The notes under the pieces are model-generated. The model made no database searches, was not told the DNA's origin, and saw only the letters and a program-made list of their open reading frames with translations. Positions 16,687-30,361 of a DNA stretch of 64,000 nt are shown piece after piece (the stretch's first letter is position 1; each line of letters begins with the position of its first letter). The stretch lies in the NCBI RefSeq assembly GCF_009914755.1, contig NC_060936.1. One strand, written 5' to 3'. The translations under genes were made by a program, and so were the position numbers. The DNA comes from the human T2T-CHM13v2.0 reference genome, Homo sapiens.

Positions 16687-17030
16687 CAGTCATGTGTCAC
16701 TTAATGATGGGGATAATGTCTGAGAAATGCATCATTAGGCTATTTTGTCATTGTGCGAACATCACTGAGTGTACTCACACACTCTATGCTAGCTGGCATA
16801 GCCTGCTACACACCTAGGCTAGAGGACAGCCCATTGCTTCTAGCCTACAAACCTGGATAGCATGTTACTATCCTGAATATTGCAGGCAATTGTAACATAA
16901 GGGTATTTATGTATCTAAGCATATCTGAACATAGAGAAAGTACAATAGAAACAGTATGATCATCCTGTGGGACCACCATTATATATGTGGTTTGTCATTT
17001 ACCAAAATGTAGCTATACAGTGCATGACTG
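16687..17030 (+). mobile_element. Tigger3a-like element
   Basis: TIRs cagtcatg.../...catgactg, ~345 bp. Confidence 0.85.
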
Positions 17031-18049
17031 TGTAAAAAAAATTACATCTATTAACTTGAAGTTTCGTTTTTTCCTGTGCTGTGAGCTATCTTTTCCCTTA
17101 TATGTTTAAACATATAATAGCACCTATTTCAAAGTGTAGTGTTGTAAGGAAGAAATGAAATAATTTTAAAACATTGCTTATTACAGTACCTGCACACAAG
17201 TTGTTCCATCCTTGACATATATTGTTTGGGGAAACTGCATTGTAATGAGGTTTCTCAAGTGCTGGTCTAACAGCGAGGGTAGGTCTATATGAAAGATTTC
17301 ATGCATGCTGTTCGGAGAGTTTTCACCACCCCATGGAGGGCAGTGTTGCAGGCCTCTTGTTGCATGGCCCAGGGAGTGGACCATCCCCTAACTGGACAGC
17401 TGGCTGGCTGGAAGCAGCTTCAACACTTCTGGCACAGTAAGAAGCAGAAGAAGCAGCTGCTGAATCCCAGCACGTCTTTCCCAATGTCAGACCAGGTGAA
17501 GACCACAGCCAGCTGGGACTCACACCCACCAAAGGCTTGTGATCACCTGCTGTTCAAATGGAAAGATAGGGCCAGTGTTTCCAAAACATCCAATGTTTTA
17601 ATAAAATGCAGAAAGATGGATACTGTGTTACATCACCGGAATTCTACATGGCAGAAAATGATGAAAGGAATGTGTTTAATATGATGCATGTCCAACAGCA
17701 CATGCTTCCAGACTGCATTTGCCTGAATGAATGTGGGTTAGTAACATGGGGTCTGGAGAGAAAAGAGGGCTGCATTTTTTTCTCTCCTTTTACATTAAAA
17801 GGCTTTTCTCTTTTATCTTAAACAGAATATTTCAAAATCAGTGAAATCATATTGAGTTAAAGTTTCTGTTCTTGTCCACAAAGATGCAAGTGAAATTTTG
17901 AAAATGATTAAAATAAAGCACATTTCAGAACAAGTCTGAGAGGGTGTGCTGTAGGGATTGGGAGCAAAGATTTGCAGTGGTAAAATCCTCAGCTATCCTG
18001 TGGCTTCCACTGGAACTTCCAGTTATATAACTAGCTTGCTTATGTCTTA

Positions 18050-18510
18050 TTTATTTGTCTGTAAAAAGATAATATACTATCCAATTCTATTTATAAATCA
18101 TTCTTTAAAAGACAAAATGATAGAGAGGGAGAATGGATTAGTGGTTGCCAGGGCTGGGAGTAGCAGTGTCAGGAGGGATGTGTGTTCATAAAGGGGCAGC
18201 CCAAGGGATTCTTGTGATGATGGAACTGATCTGTGTCGGGACTGTGGCAGTGGAGAGACAAACCACACATGTAATGATGTTACATAGAACTAAATGCACA
18301 CACATAGACATACAGCTATAAACATGGGAACTCCGAATAAGATCAGATCATTTCTGTGTCAATTTCCTGGTGATGATTGTTCACTGTAGTTTTGCAAGCT
18401 GTTACCGCTGGGACAACCTGAGTTAAGAGTGGGTAAAATCCTTCCATACTGTTACTTATCACTGAATGTGAATCTACAATTATGTCATAGTACAAATTTG
18501 ACTTTAAAAA
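18050..18510 (+). mobile_element. Old L1M 3' UTR fragment
   Basis: Motifs gaatggattagtggttgccagggctggg and tgtgaatctacaattat. Confidence 0.6.
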
Positions 18511-18568
18511 GATGATGATACTCATACCTACCCAGTAGAGCTCTTATGAGGATGGATGGACATGCTAA

Positions 18569-19128
18569 TGTTGCGAGAATCAGGAGACTGGAGAGACCAA
18601 TGGGTGAGACAGGAGGATTTTTATTTAGGTGCACTGGCTCAGCAGATTCACATCCAAAAAGCTGAGCCCTGGACAGGGCTTTGACTTTTATACATGATCT
18701 GTGGTGCCAAACGCAGTGGCGTGAAAGCAGGTAGAACAAAGACAGTTTATCAGTGACAGGTTTTACAACTCAGGCATGTCTTGTGACCTTCGCCATACTG
18801 CACAGCTGGAAACAGGAACTTACAAAATCCTTGCAAATTTGCAGAAATAGTTACAAAAGTAGTTGTGAGAGCAGATCACGGGATAATGGTATAGGGAAAG
18901 AATTTCAAAGGGGGCAACTCATAAGAAGAACTTGCTTTTCTTATCCTTGTTCTAGGGGGCAGGTGTGTTGGGAGAGTCTCTGGAGCTCATTCCTTTGGGC
19001 TCTGGCTTTTCAGATAGTGCTATCAAGGCCCGCTAGGGCCCTGCCTATTGCTGGCCTTGGAGTGAGTCGGCCAAGTATAGGAAAACCTGTTTTTCTGTTT
19101 ACTTATTTTTCTTATATTTCCTGCTTCA
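18569..19128 (-). mobile_element. ERV1-class solo LTR (MER61-like)
   Basis: TG...CA termini and perfect 4-bp TSD CTAA (18565-68 and 19129-32); subfamily from memory. Confidence 0.75.
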
Positions 19129-19265
19129 CTAATTACATTTGTTTTACCTGGTGAGACAAGCCTGGTGTGTCCTGCAGAAGAACTGCTTCTCCTGCTGTTC
19201 GATTGCAGCTGTCCCAACCTTAGCAGAGCTTAAGAAATACCTTTATATAAGAAACCACTTTTTCT

Positions 19266-19935
<670 letters not shown>

Positions 19936-20387
19936 AAAAACTGCCTTTTGCGCAAAGCTCCTCGTGGTAGTTAAAAAGATTAATCGATTACCTAGAAATT
20001 GAAGCTTTAGAGAAAATTGGAACACAAGTCCAAGTGGCCCTGGTTGAGGGCTCCTGGAATGCATGTTGCTTGGGTACTCCCTGGAAAAAACATTTGTGTT
20101 AGATAATTTGGGAATATCAAGTTATTTGTAAGTTAAAACTTCATAGCCTTTAATCAGTTAGTTAGAGATGATTAACATCTTGCTCATATGAGGAATTATA
20201 TAGCAACAGAAATACTTAGGGTTTCCCTGACCCTGTGATTTCTCTCTCTTCTCTCTGGCCATCTTGCTGAGAAAAGACGTTGGCCAGCCTGCAACAAGAC
20301 TGGGCTGGCAGGAATTAGAGCAGGATTGACCTTCTTTTTTCCTAAAAGAAAAGGGAAAATGCTCATGCCATTGTCCATTGTGTGCAT

Positions 20388-20420
<33 letters not shown>

Positions 20421-20490
20421 TTAGGTTAGTGCAAAAGTAATTGTGGTTTTTGCAATTAAAAGTAATTGCAATTATTTTGATTGCAAAAAC
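20421..20490 (+). mobile_element. MADE1 (Hsmar1 mariner MITE), degenerate right half
   Basis: TTAGGTTAGTGCAAAAGTAATTGTGGTTTTTGC matches the Hsmar1 TIR. Confidence 0.8.
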
Positions 20491-20564
20491 TGACTCTCTC
20501 TCTCTCTATATATATACATATATATATATATATTCCAAGTCATATAAAACATAGAGATATATCT

Positions 20565-20980
20565 TATTTAAAAGATTTTATTTTGGAAGAAAGAATTGAA
20601 ATTTGGGGCTTCAACACAAACTGGGTGGTCTCTGGTATCTCTGAGGAACAAAGAGACGGTTGGAGGTCTTATAAAAGGAAAACCTTTATGTATTGTATTG
20701 AAGGAAAGTTCATTGACACTGTAAAGTTTTGGAAAGCTGGCAGTCTCTGACTGGTAGGTGATGGTCTAGGGTAAAACTAGTCTTAAGAGTCGCAGCAGTT
20801 TGTTTCAGTAGCTGTTAGATAAAACTGGTTTCAAGTTACAACCGGCAGTCTCGGCCGCTGGACTTGTGGAAAATTTAACTGCTGGCCCGGATGCTATGAA
20901 CCCAGAACGCTTTTCCCCCTGCCTACTACAATGATTGAGTTGAGTATGACAATGAGGCAATTTGTACAATCATCTTTCTG
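20565..20980 (-). mobile_element. Probable ERV1-type LTR fragment
   Basis: LTR-like composition and motifs; family not confidently assigned. Confidence 0.4.
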
Positions 20981-21078
20981 TATATGTATACTCATTTTTA
21001 TTTTAAAATATACCTGATTTATTTTGAAACATTAGTTTTCTTAAAACCCATTATTTTTGTGATTATGGACTACCAGTT

Positions 21079-21395
21079 TTGTTTTTTTTTTGTTTTTTTT
21101 TTTTTTTTTTTTGGAGACAGAGTCTCCCTCTGTCTCCCAGGCTAGAGTGCGGTGGCATGATCTTGGCTTACTGCAACCCCCACCACCTGGGTTCAAGCAA
21201 TTCTCTGCCTCAGTCTCCCTAGTAGCTGGGATTACAGGTGTCTGCTCCCACGCCTGGCTATTTTTTTTTGTATTTTTAGTAGAGACGAGGTTTCACCATC
21301 CTGGCCAGGAAGGTCTTGAACTCCTGACCTCGTGATCCACCTGCCTCGGCCTCCCAAAGTGCTGAGATTACAGGCGTGAGCCACTGTGCCTAGCC
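21079..21395 (-). mobile_element. Alu (AluS)
   Basis: TSD ggactaccagtt at 21067-78 and 21396-407. Confidence 0.95.
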
Positions 21396-21480
21396 GGACT
21401 ACCAGTTCTTAACTGAGAAAAGATTCTCTTCTAGATTTTTTCCCCTGATTTTCCAGGGAAATATCATGAATTATTGTGCT

Positions 21481-21697
21481 ATTGACCATGAGCTCAATGT
21501 TAATGAAACCATTTGTATTAAATAAGAAACACACAAAACAAGGTTATGTATTGATTTGTTGACAAAAACATAATACAACATTCACAGGAATTTAGCTCCA
21601 TATTTACCTTAGAAGCAGTATTCAGTATTTGCTAATTGCTCAGTGTTGCAGGTGATTTCATAGAATATAACTACCTTGAATCGTGAGAATCAACTGT
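21481..21697 (+). mobile_element. MER44-like Tigger fragment
   Basis: aaacaaggttatgtattgat... and terminal gagaatcaactg(ta). Confidence 0.7.
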
Positions 21698-22894
21698 ACT
21701 TCACAACCCATTCATTCACATTGCTTGAGTTCCATTTTCCAACTCTCCTGTTAGTAATTTATATGCATGCCTTTGAATACACCGTTCCTTCTGTCTAGGT
21801 TCCTTGTCCCCTGTCTTCTTTGAGTAAGTGATTATCTTCATTACTTTGCAGGAGATTCTACTGATGTATGATTCAGCATCTCTCCCTACCCCCATCTTCT
21901 GCTGTTGGCCTCTTGATTGCTCTGGGGGAACATTCCTACTCCTATGTGATAGAATTAGCAGGGAGTGGCTGTCCATCGTGACTCTCAACCTTCCCATAGT
22001 CAAGGTAGAGCTGGAGGGCGTAGGGGAGAGAGTCTGAACCAACCTGGGCCAATCAGGAACATGAATCTTGAGTTTCCAGAAAAACAGGGTGGAGGAGGGG
22101 TGGGTATTGACTAAGTTTTTCCTGTGTGTCATATCCCTGGAACTGTTGTTTCGGTTTCTGTTTTTTCCAAGGCTTACTTTTTCTATTTAATTCTGATACC
22201 AGTGACAAACCTCACATCCTTCGTTAAGTATGTCCCCACATTTTGATGACCCAAATCAGTTTTTGTTGTTTTCTACCAAAGACTCAGCACAGCTTTCTCC
22301 TTCAGGGCATTTTCCTATCACCCTGCCTGCTTTGCACTGTCTGCTCTCTCTGCCCTCTTTAACCCCTGTTCTACCCGGACTCTTGCTCCTCACAGAAACA
22401 CATGGCACTTTGCTGCTCACTCTTGTTTACCAATCTGTCTAACCGACCCATGCTGCTGGAAGAGGCAGTGAAACCCTGGCAATCTAAATTGGTTTCTCAG
22501 TCAGCAAGTTAGGAGGAGCTGAGAGGATGAATGTGAGTCTATCTTAGACTAATTCACCTCATGTTCTTCATTTTGTCCCAAACAGGGCATCGAGGCACGA
22601 GCAGATAAAGGACCAGAAAGAAACACAGACACACCGAAAATTGGAGAATGAGTTTAGAGCCATTAATGATTTTTTAATCTCTCTGTGCAGTGCATAAAAA
22701 TGTCACATGAAAGTATGCCTAGCATGGCATCCTGGTCAAGATAAAACAGTCAGCCTCTTGGCACAGTGAGGGCTGGGAAAGAAGCATATTAAAATGCCAC
22801 CAATAGGAAAGATGGGCTTTTCCTCTCCTGCACACAGTGTTTGTGTTTTCATAAATGTCACAGGAAATGCTACATTTACTCTCCATTTGAGTCT

Positions 22895-23790
22895 ACATTT
22901 TTTTAATAAGCACTATTTTTTAAAAAACAGTTTTAGGTTTACAGAAAAATTGCGCATAAAGTATAGAATTCTCATGGATCCTCTTCCAACCCCAACCCCA
23001 CATACAGTTCCTTCTCTTACTAACATTTTGCATTAGAATGGCACATTTATTACAATTGATGAGCCAATAGTGATACATTATTACCAACTAAATTTTCTAG
23101 TTTATGTTAGGGATCACTGTCTGTATTGTGCATTTATACCACTCAGATATATATATGCATAGATATGCTAACTCCAGATACCCAGTTAATATATTCAGAC
23201 TCTCTCTTGCATTATGTTTATTATTTTATTTTATTTTATTGTTTATTTTATTTGAGTCAGGGTCTTACTCTGTCACCTAACCCGGAGTGCAGTGGCATGA
23301 TTGTGCCACTGCCCTCCAGCCTGGGCAACAGAGCAAGACTGTCTCAAAAAACAAAAACCAAACAAAAACAAAATATCTAGAAGAAACCTAAACCAACAGA
23401 GGGTGTGAGCATATCTATCGGCAGAAGCCATGTGCTTGAATTCCTTAAGGAAAAGCTGACACGGACTATCCAAGTGTTTAGAGTCTTGGATTTGCATTTA
23501 CTCTAGAAGGATAGAATTCGACAGATGCATACTGTCCCATATCCACCATTATAGTATCCTAGAAAAATGCTTTCATTGCCCTAAAAATGCCCCGTGCTCC
23601 AACCATCCATTCCCCCATCCCCTGCCCTTGGCAATCTCAGATCCTTTTATTGTCTCTATAGCTTGTTTTCCATTACGCCATATAGTGGAAATGTTTTAGT
23701 ATGTGGCCTTTTCAGATTGGCTTCTTTCCCTTAGCAAGCTGTATTAAGGTTTCTCTATGTCTTTTCATAGCTTGGCAGCTCATTAAAAAA
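22895..23790 (-). mobile_element. L1MC-type 3' UTR, split by a templated insertion at 23137-23517
   Basis: Collinear L1MC motifs on both sides (…tgtattgtgcattt | tcgacagatgcatac…ccaccattatagtatc…). Confidence 0.7.
23137..23517. repeat. Chimeric locally templated insertion (inverted copy of 28205-28344 plus direct copy of 25425-25640)
   Basis: Direct sequence comparison; both copies include non-Alu flank, so the similarity is not just generic Alu homology. Confidence 0.9.
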
Positions 23791-25191
23791 TATTATTATA
23801 TTCTATGTGTATTTTTTAAATGAAAGTCTGAGTTTTTGCACCTATTTGTTGGACATAACTCCTTCATGACTCTCATTTATGTTACAGTGATTACTAGCAT
23901 CAAATAAATGAGTCGAAGCAACATTTTTAGATGAGGTAGAGCAGACTGTGACAGGACAATGCAAAATGCAACAGAACAGAAAAGAGAAGAAAGTATTTAA
24001 GTTCATTGCACTTAACAAAAAAGCATAGATTTGTAAAATTGTGTTTCCATTATCTGCGTATGTGTGTGTGTGCATAGACACTGGGAGTTATATTTTTACT
24101 GTGTATTTTTTTACACACCCCATACAAATATGGGCTGTGATTAAAAAAAAAACATCTATTCCTCTAGCCCATACCTTGAAATACCTAGTTCACACTGAAA
24201 TCAGAGGAAAGCCATTTATTTTTGGTGTTGATTCAGAAAGGGCACAGCTTTTTAGTGATCATCATGAAAATGATAATTAAACAACAACAGTGTTATATTT
24301 TATGCAGTAAACATTTATAGTGAAATACATTTTATCATACATTTATTTAGAAATTAAAATTATGTTTTCTGGGCCATGTTTGAAGTATTTTACATATTTT
24401 ATTTTTACATAGTAATAACTCTGTAAGGTAGGTATGTATATTTTTTAATTTTGCCGATGAGACACCTGAAACACAGAGTGGAAAATATCTTTCCCCAAAT
24501 CCAACAGCTAGCATGTTGGCCAGGATTCAAATGCAGGGAGAGCATCTGTCCTCTTTAAAACAATCCAGTCCCTGTCCTTGAGTAAGTTTCATTACTTCTA
24601 AAGAATAAATGTGAAGTAACTTTTAGGAAAAGGAATTATTAATTTTACTAGAATAAGATCATCTGATTCCAAAATTCTGTAGTTTTCAAGATAATAGACT
24701 TTATCTCATAGAGGAGAGATAGAGAACAGTTTTCACACTGAATAAAGCTCTGTTTACCGTCAATAATGTAAAGGCAATCTCTGAGATGCAGATTGAGTGG
24801 GAAAAAAGGGCTGTGAGTGATTAACAATGACAGGCACAGGCATAAAATAAGAATGTGGACATACCTATATTATGTATGTGCATCCATTTCTTCATTACAT
24901 CACCCATTCCTTCAACAAATTTGCATTGAAGGCCCACTTTGTGGCTGGCGGTTTTCTGAGCATGGGTTATACCATTGGTCAAAAGGCATGAAGTTGCTGT
25001 ACTCGTGGAGCTTATAGTCAAATGAAGAAAGAAAGACAGTGAAATAAATAATGCCAATACAGATGTATTGATGGATGGTCTGGAGGGAAATGAAGCAGGG
25101 TGAAAACAGCGATGACACTATACTGGGGGCTGTCATTTTCTCTAGGGTATTATCAAAGACCTCTGTCATGAAGAGAAAAATATCTAGAAGT

Positions 25192-25512
<321 letters not shown>

Positions 25513-27208
25513 CTAAACCAACAGTGGATGTGAGCGCATCTATCGGCAGAGGCCATGTGCTTGAATTCCTTAAGGAAATGCTGAGACGGACTATCCAAGT
25601 GTTTAGCATCTTGGATTTGCATTTAGCCTAGAAGGATAGATTACAAGCAAACTAACTCAGGGGAGTAGACTAGCAGTGGAGACGGACAGCATCTTTTTTC
25701 CTACTTTGTGCATTTCAGTGTTCATTAATCCTTTTACAATACTTACATCAATATTGTACAATACAGACATTACTTATCAATCAGTATCTACTGCCTCAAT
25801 TCATAAGAAGAATTGTGTAACACTTCGTAGTTACTCCTAGGTCTGGAGAGAGTGTGGGCTGGACCCTCAACTGCTGGACTAGTTTCTCTGTGGCCACCAG
25901 ACAAGACTTCTGTATGATTCTTTCTCTAAGAAAGAAAGGAAGCAATCAATTCTCTAAGAGGCCATGCAGTGTCTCCATCACTTGTTCTTGCTGTGATGGT
26001 CTGGACTGGTTGCCGTAGTAACCAGGTGATGTCCACCTGCCAATGGGTAATTGCACAGAGTCAAGGTCAAGAAGAAACATGGGGCAAACAGCAGATGAGC
26101 CCAGTGCAGACTACACTGGGCAAGCAGAGCTATGTTGACGTCGGGTATTTTTCTTATTATATTGAAAGAAGGTGAAGCAAGAGGCTTCTCAAGTGAAGCA
26201 GACATTTCTGACTTTCTGACTGCAAAGTGGATTCTCGGGGTGAAGGCTTGGAAGATACTGCTCTCTTCTTATTCATTCAAAATGGGCACAAAAGTGAAAG
26301 AGCTGCCTTCAGTACACCACAACCAACCACACTCTCAATAAACAGGGATATTTCAAAGCACAGTAGCTCTGGCAGTGAGAAAATGCAGGCAGATCTGGAG
26401 AGTTTAATCATCTGGTAACAGAACACTTATGTCATTTCTATTTGGGGAAACTTTATATTAAATCTATAAGTTTAGAATTTTCCGCTTTCTATTTTGTTTC
26501 CTTCTACTTGACTTAATGTTCTTGGGAAAGCACTTTAAAAAAAAAGTATGCTGATCTGCCAGTGAAAAGGAGAACTGTGGTCATTTTTAGGAAGAAATTA
26601 TTCTACTTTCAAAATTCCAAAGTAAGGTAATTGAAAAATTATCTATCTGAGAAGGCAGCATGAAAAAGTTACATTTTCTCCAAAGAAGATATGTTTGTCT
26701 TGCTTTTTTTCTGCATTGTAACAACCATGATAAGGTATCATTTTAGAAATCATTGAAACTCGAACTAATGGAAAGTTCCAGATTAATACACATATTGGAA
26801 AGCCTTTAATCATTGGAAAATTATCTCAGAATATATAAAGGCATTTTACATTTCAATCACAGTTTGTATTGTTTTAACAAATTTATTCGCTATGTAAAGA
26901 AGTTATGCAAGGTTGGAATTACAATAAATTGACAGTCTTTTGAAAGACACTTAACAAAATGTATCAACACACTTCAAATTTATCTGTTGAATCTACATTT
27001 TCACTTTGGAGCATATATCCCGAGAAAATATTATTGAAGATGTAGGTGCTGGTTATATTTTCCTTTTTAGGAAACATCCTCTTCTTCTGATACTGAGACC
27101 CCAAATCTCCTTTGGGGACCCTTCCTCACTCTCAGTCTATGTGTTTAGTAGGGTTGACCCAAGTCCCAGTTCACCTGGGTTCCAGGCCTACGACAATCAA
27201 CACATTTC

Positions 27209-27508
27209 CTTTTTTTGTTGTTGTTGAGACGGAGTTTTGGTCTTGTTGCCCAGACTGGAGTGCAACAGCACGATCATGACTCACCGCAACCTCTCCCTCC
27301 CGGATTCAAGTGATTCTCCTGCCTAAGCCTCCCGAGTAGCTGGGATTATACAGGCATGCGCCACCATGCCTGGCTAATTTTGTATTTTTAGTAGAGACGG
27401 GGTTTCTCCATGTTGGTCAGGCTGGTCTCGAACTCCCAACCTCAGGTGATCCACCCGCCTCGGCCTCCCACAATGCTAGGATTACAGGTGTGAGTCACCG
27501 CGTCCGGT
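27209..27508 (-). mobile_element. Alu (AluSp-like)
   Basis: Antisense Alu; TSD-like gacaat..cacatttc on both sides. Confidence 0.9.
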
Positions 27509-27934
27509 GACAATAGCACATTTCATTTCTGCAGTTCCCCTGGTTGGTTCGGGCATAAGAATATAACTGAATATTACTCTGTGTCACTGAAGTCTAAAAT
27601 CATTTGCAGAGTGTCATGAAAAATACAGGATCTTTCTTGTTTGTTTTGTTTAGTTTTACTGTACATTTTACTGGAGAGATATCAAAGCTAAACAGCTGAG
27701 TTCCAACCACTGGAAACAGCCCTGCTAAAGTTTAAAACACCTCAAGGGACATTCGAGAAGTGAGAACATGTGACCAGCGTGTAAGACACACCCCAAGCCC
27801 CCCAGCATGTCAGCTCTGCAGCAACAGCAATTGCATCTACTTTGGTCACTACCCTATTTCTATATTCAGAAATGTATCATGTGCACAGTGACTGTTCAAT
27901 CAATATTGTTGGAATTAAACCATGATGCAAGAGA

Positions 27935-28298
27935 GGCCAGGCACAGTGGCGCACATCTGTAATCCCAACACTTTGGGAGGCCAAGGCAGGCAGATAGCTT
28001 GAGACCAGGAGATCCAGATCAGCCTGGGCAACATGATGAAACCCTGTCTCTACAAAAAATACAAAAAAAAAAAAAAAACCCCAAAACCAAAAACTGCAAA
28101 ACATTACCCAGGCATGGTGGCACATGTCTGTGGTCTCAGCTACTCAGGAGACTAAGGTGTAAGGATAGCTTGAGCCCAGGAGGTCGAGGCTACGGTGAGC
28201 CAGGATCACACCACTGCACTCCACGTTAGGTGACAGAGTAAGACCCTGATTCAGAAAAGTAAAATAAGATAAAACAAAATAAACGAAACAAAATAATA
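27935..28298 (+). mobile_element. Alu (AluJ-like)
   Basis: Dimer with expanded middle A tract; TSD-like cat(g/a)atgcaagaga. Confidence 0.9.
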
Positions 28299-28404
28299 AA
28301 CATAATGCAAGAGAGAGTCTGAAAATATTAATTGGGTATCTGGATCCACCCATGCCTGGTGCCAGATATTCCAAGATTTTTAAGTTATGTAAGTGAATAT
28401 ACTT

Positions 28405-28716
28405 TTTCTTTAAATAATCAATTTTGGTTTTATATGAATTAAATATTTCTAATATTAATGAAGGGGTCAAAAATATATTTTCAGTGATGTTTCACAGAAT
28501 TTTCTTTCTTTTTAAATTTCAACTTTTGTTTTAGGTTTGGGGTACATGTGCAGGCTGGTTTCTTTGAGTAATCAATTTGTGTTTTATATGAATTAAATAT
28601 TTCTAATATTAATGAAGGGGTCAAAAATATATTTTCAGTGATGTTTCACAGAATTTTCTTTCTTTCTTTTTAAATTTCAACTTTTGTTTTAGGTTTGGGC
28701 GTACATGTGCAGGCTT
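28405..28716 (+). repeat. Tandem duplication, ~154-bp unit
   Basis: 28405-28558 is repeated nearly identically at 28559-~28716. Confidence 0.9.
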
Positions 28717-29450
28717 GTTACATGGGAATATGCTAAGGTTTGGGGTATGGATGATCCTGTCACCCAGGTAGTCAGCACAGTACCCAATAGGTAGTTTTTC
28801 AACCTTCAACCCCTTCCTCTCACCTCTTTCTAATAGTCCACAGGGTCTATTGTTCCCATCTTTATGTCAATGTGTACTCAATGTTTAGCTCCCATTTATA
28901 AGAGAGAACATGCAATATTTGGTTGTCTGTTTCTGTGTTAATTTGCTTAGGATAATGGCCTCCAGTTGCCTCCGTGTTGCTGCCATGGACATGATTTTGT
29001 TTTTTCATGACTGTGTAGTATTCTACGGGGTATTTGAATCACATTTTTAAAATCCAGTCCACTGTTGATAGGCATCAAAGGAACATACCTCAGAATACTA
29101 TGAGAAAGCGATGACAAATGCACAGCCAACATCATACTGGGAAACCAAAAGCTGAAATCATTCCCCTTGAGACCTGGAACAAGACGACAAGGATGCCCAC
29201 TCTTACCACCCCAATTCAACATGGTACTGGAAGTCCATGCTAAGAAATAAACAAAGCCATCCAGATAGGGGAAAAAGAAGTCAGATTATGTCTCTTCACT
29301 GATGATATAAAACCTAGAAATTCTGAAGACTCTTTCAAAAAGCTCATAGAACTGATAAAGAGCTTCAGTAAAGGACACAAAATCCAGGTCCGAAAACGAG
29401 TAGCATTTCTATACATCAACAACATTCAAACTGAGAGCCAAATCAGAATG
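28660..29450 (-). mobile_element. L1PA/PB with internal inversion
   Basis: Minus-strand 3' UTR at 28660-~29068 is joined to plus-strand ORF2 RT-region sequence at ~29069-29450 (ggaacaagac..aaggatgcccactct, the GTRQGCPLSP region). Confidence 0.8.
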
Positions 29451-29853
29451 TCATCTCATGCATATTTTGGGCTTTTCTAGCTGGTAAGCAAATGTGCCAC
29501 ACCTACAAAGAAAGCCAAATCTTAATGCTTGGAGACACAATGCACTTAATGAGAAAGAAAGAAAATATGTTCTGGTTTTCTTTTCATAGATGTCCCAGCA
29601 TCCCTGAAGAGGTATAGAGGGGTAGCCTGCAATCTCCTGCAGTCCCGTGCGTTTGTGGTATGGCCATGTTTGGGGATGTTTATAGACCCTGTGCTTACAA
29701 CCACCATGGGCCATCTGGCAGGACCTCAAATTTTACCTCGACTTTTACATTCTAGAAATCCCTAAAGTGGAGAGCAATGTTTTCTGAGACTGAATCTCAG
29801 TTCAGACCCAGTTCAAGAATCTTGTTATAATAGTTTTTAAAAAAATAGAATCA

Positions 29854-30361
<508 letters not shown>

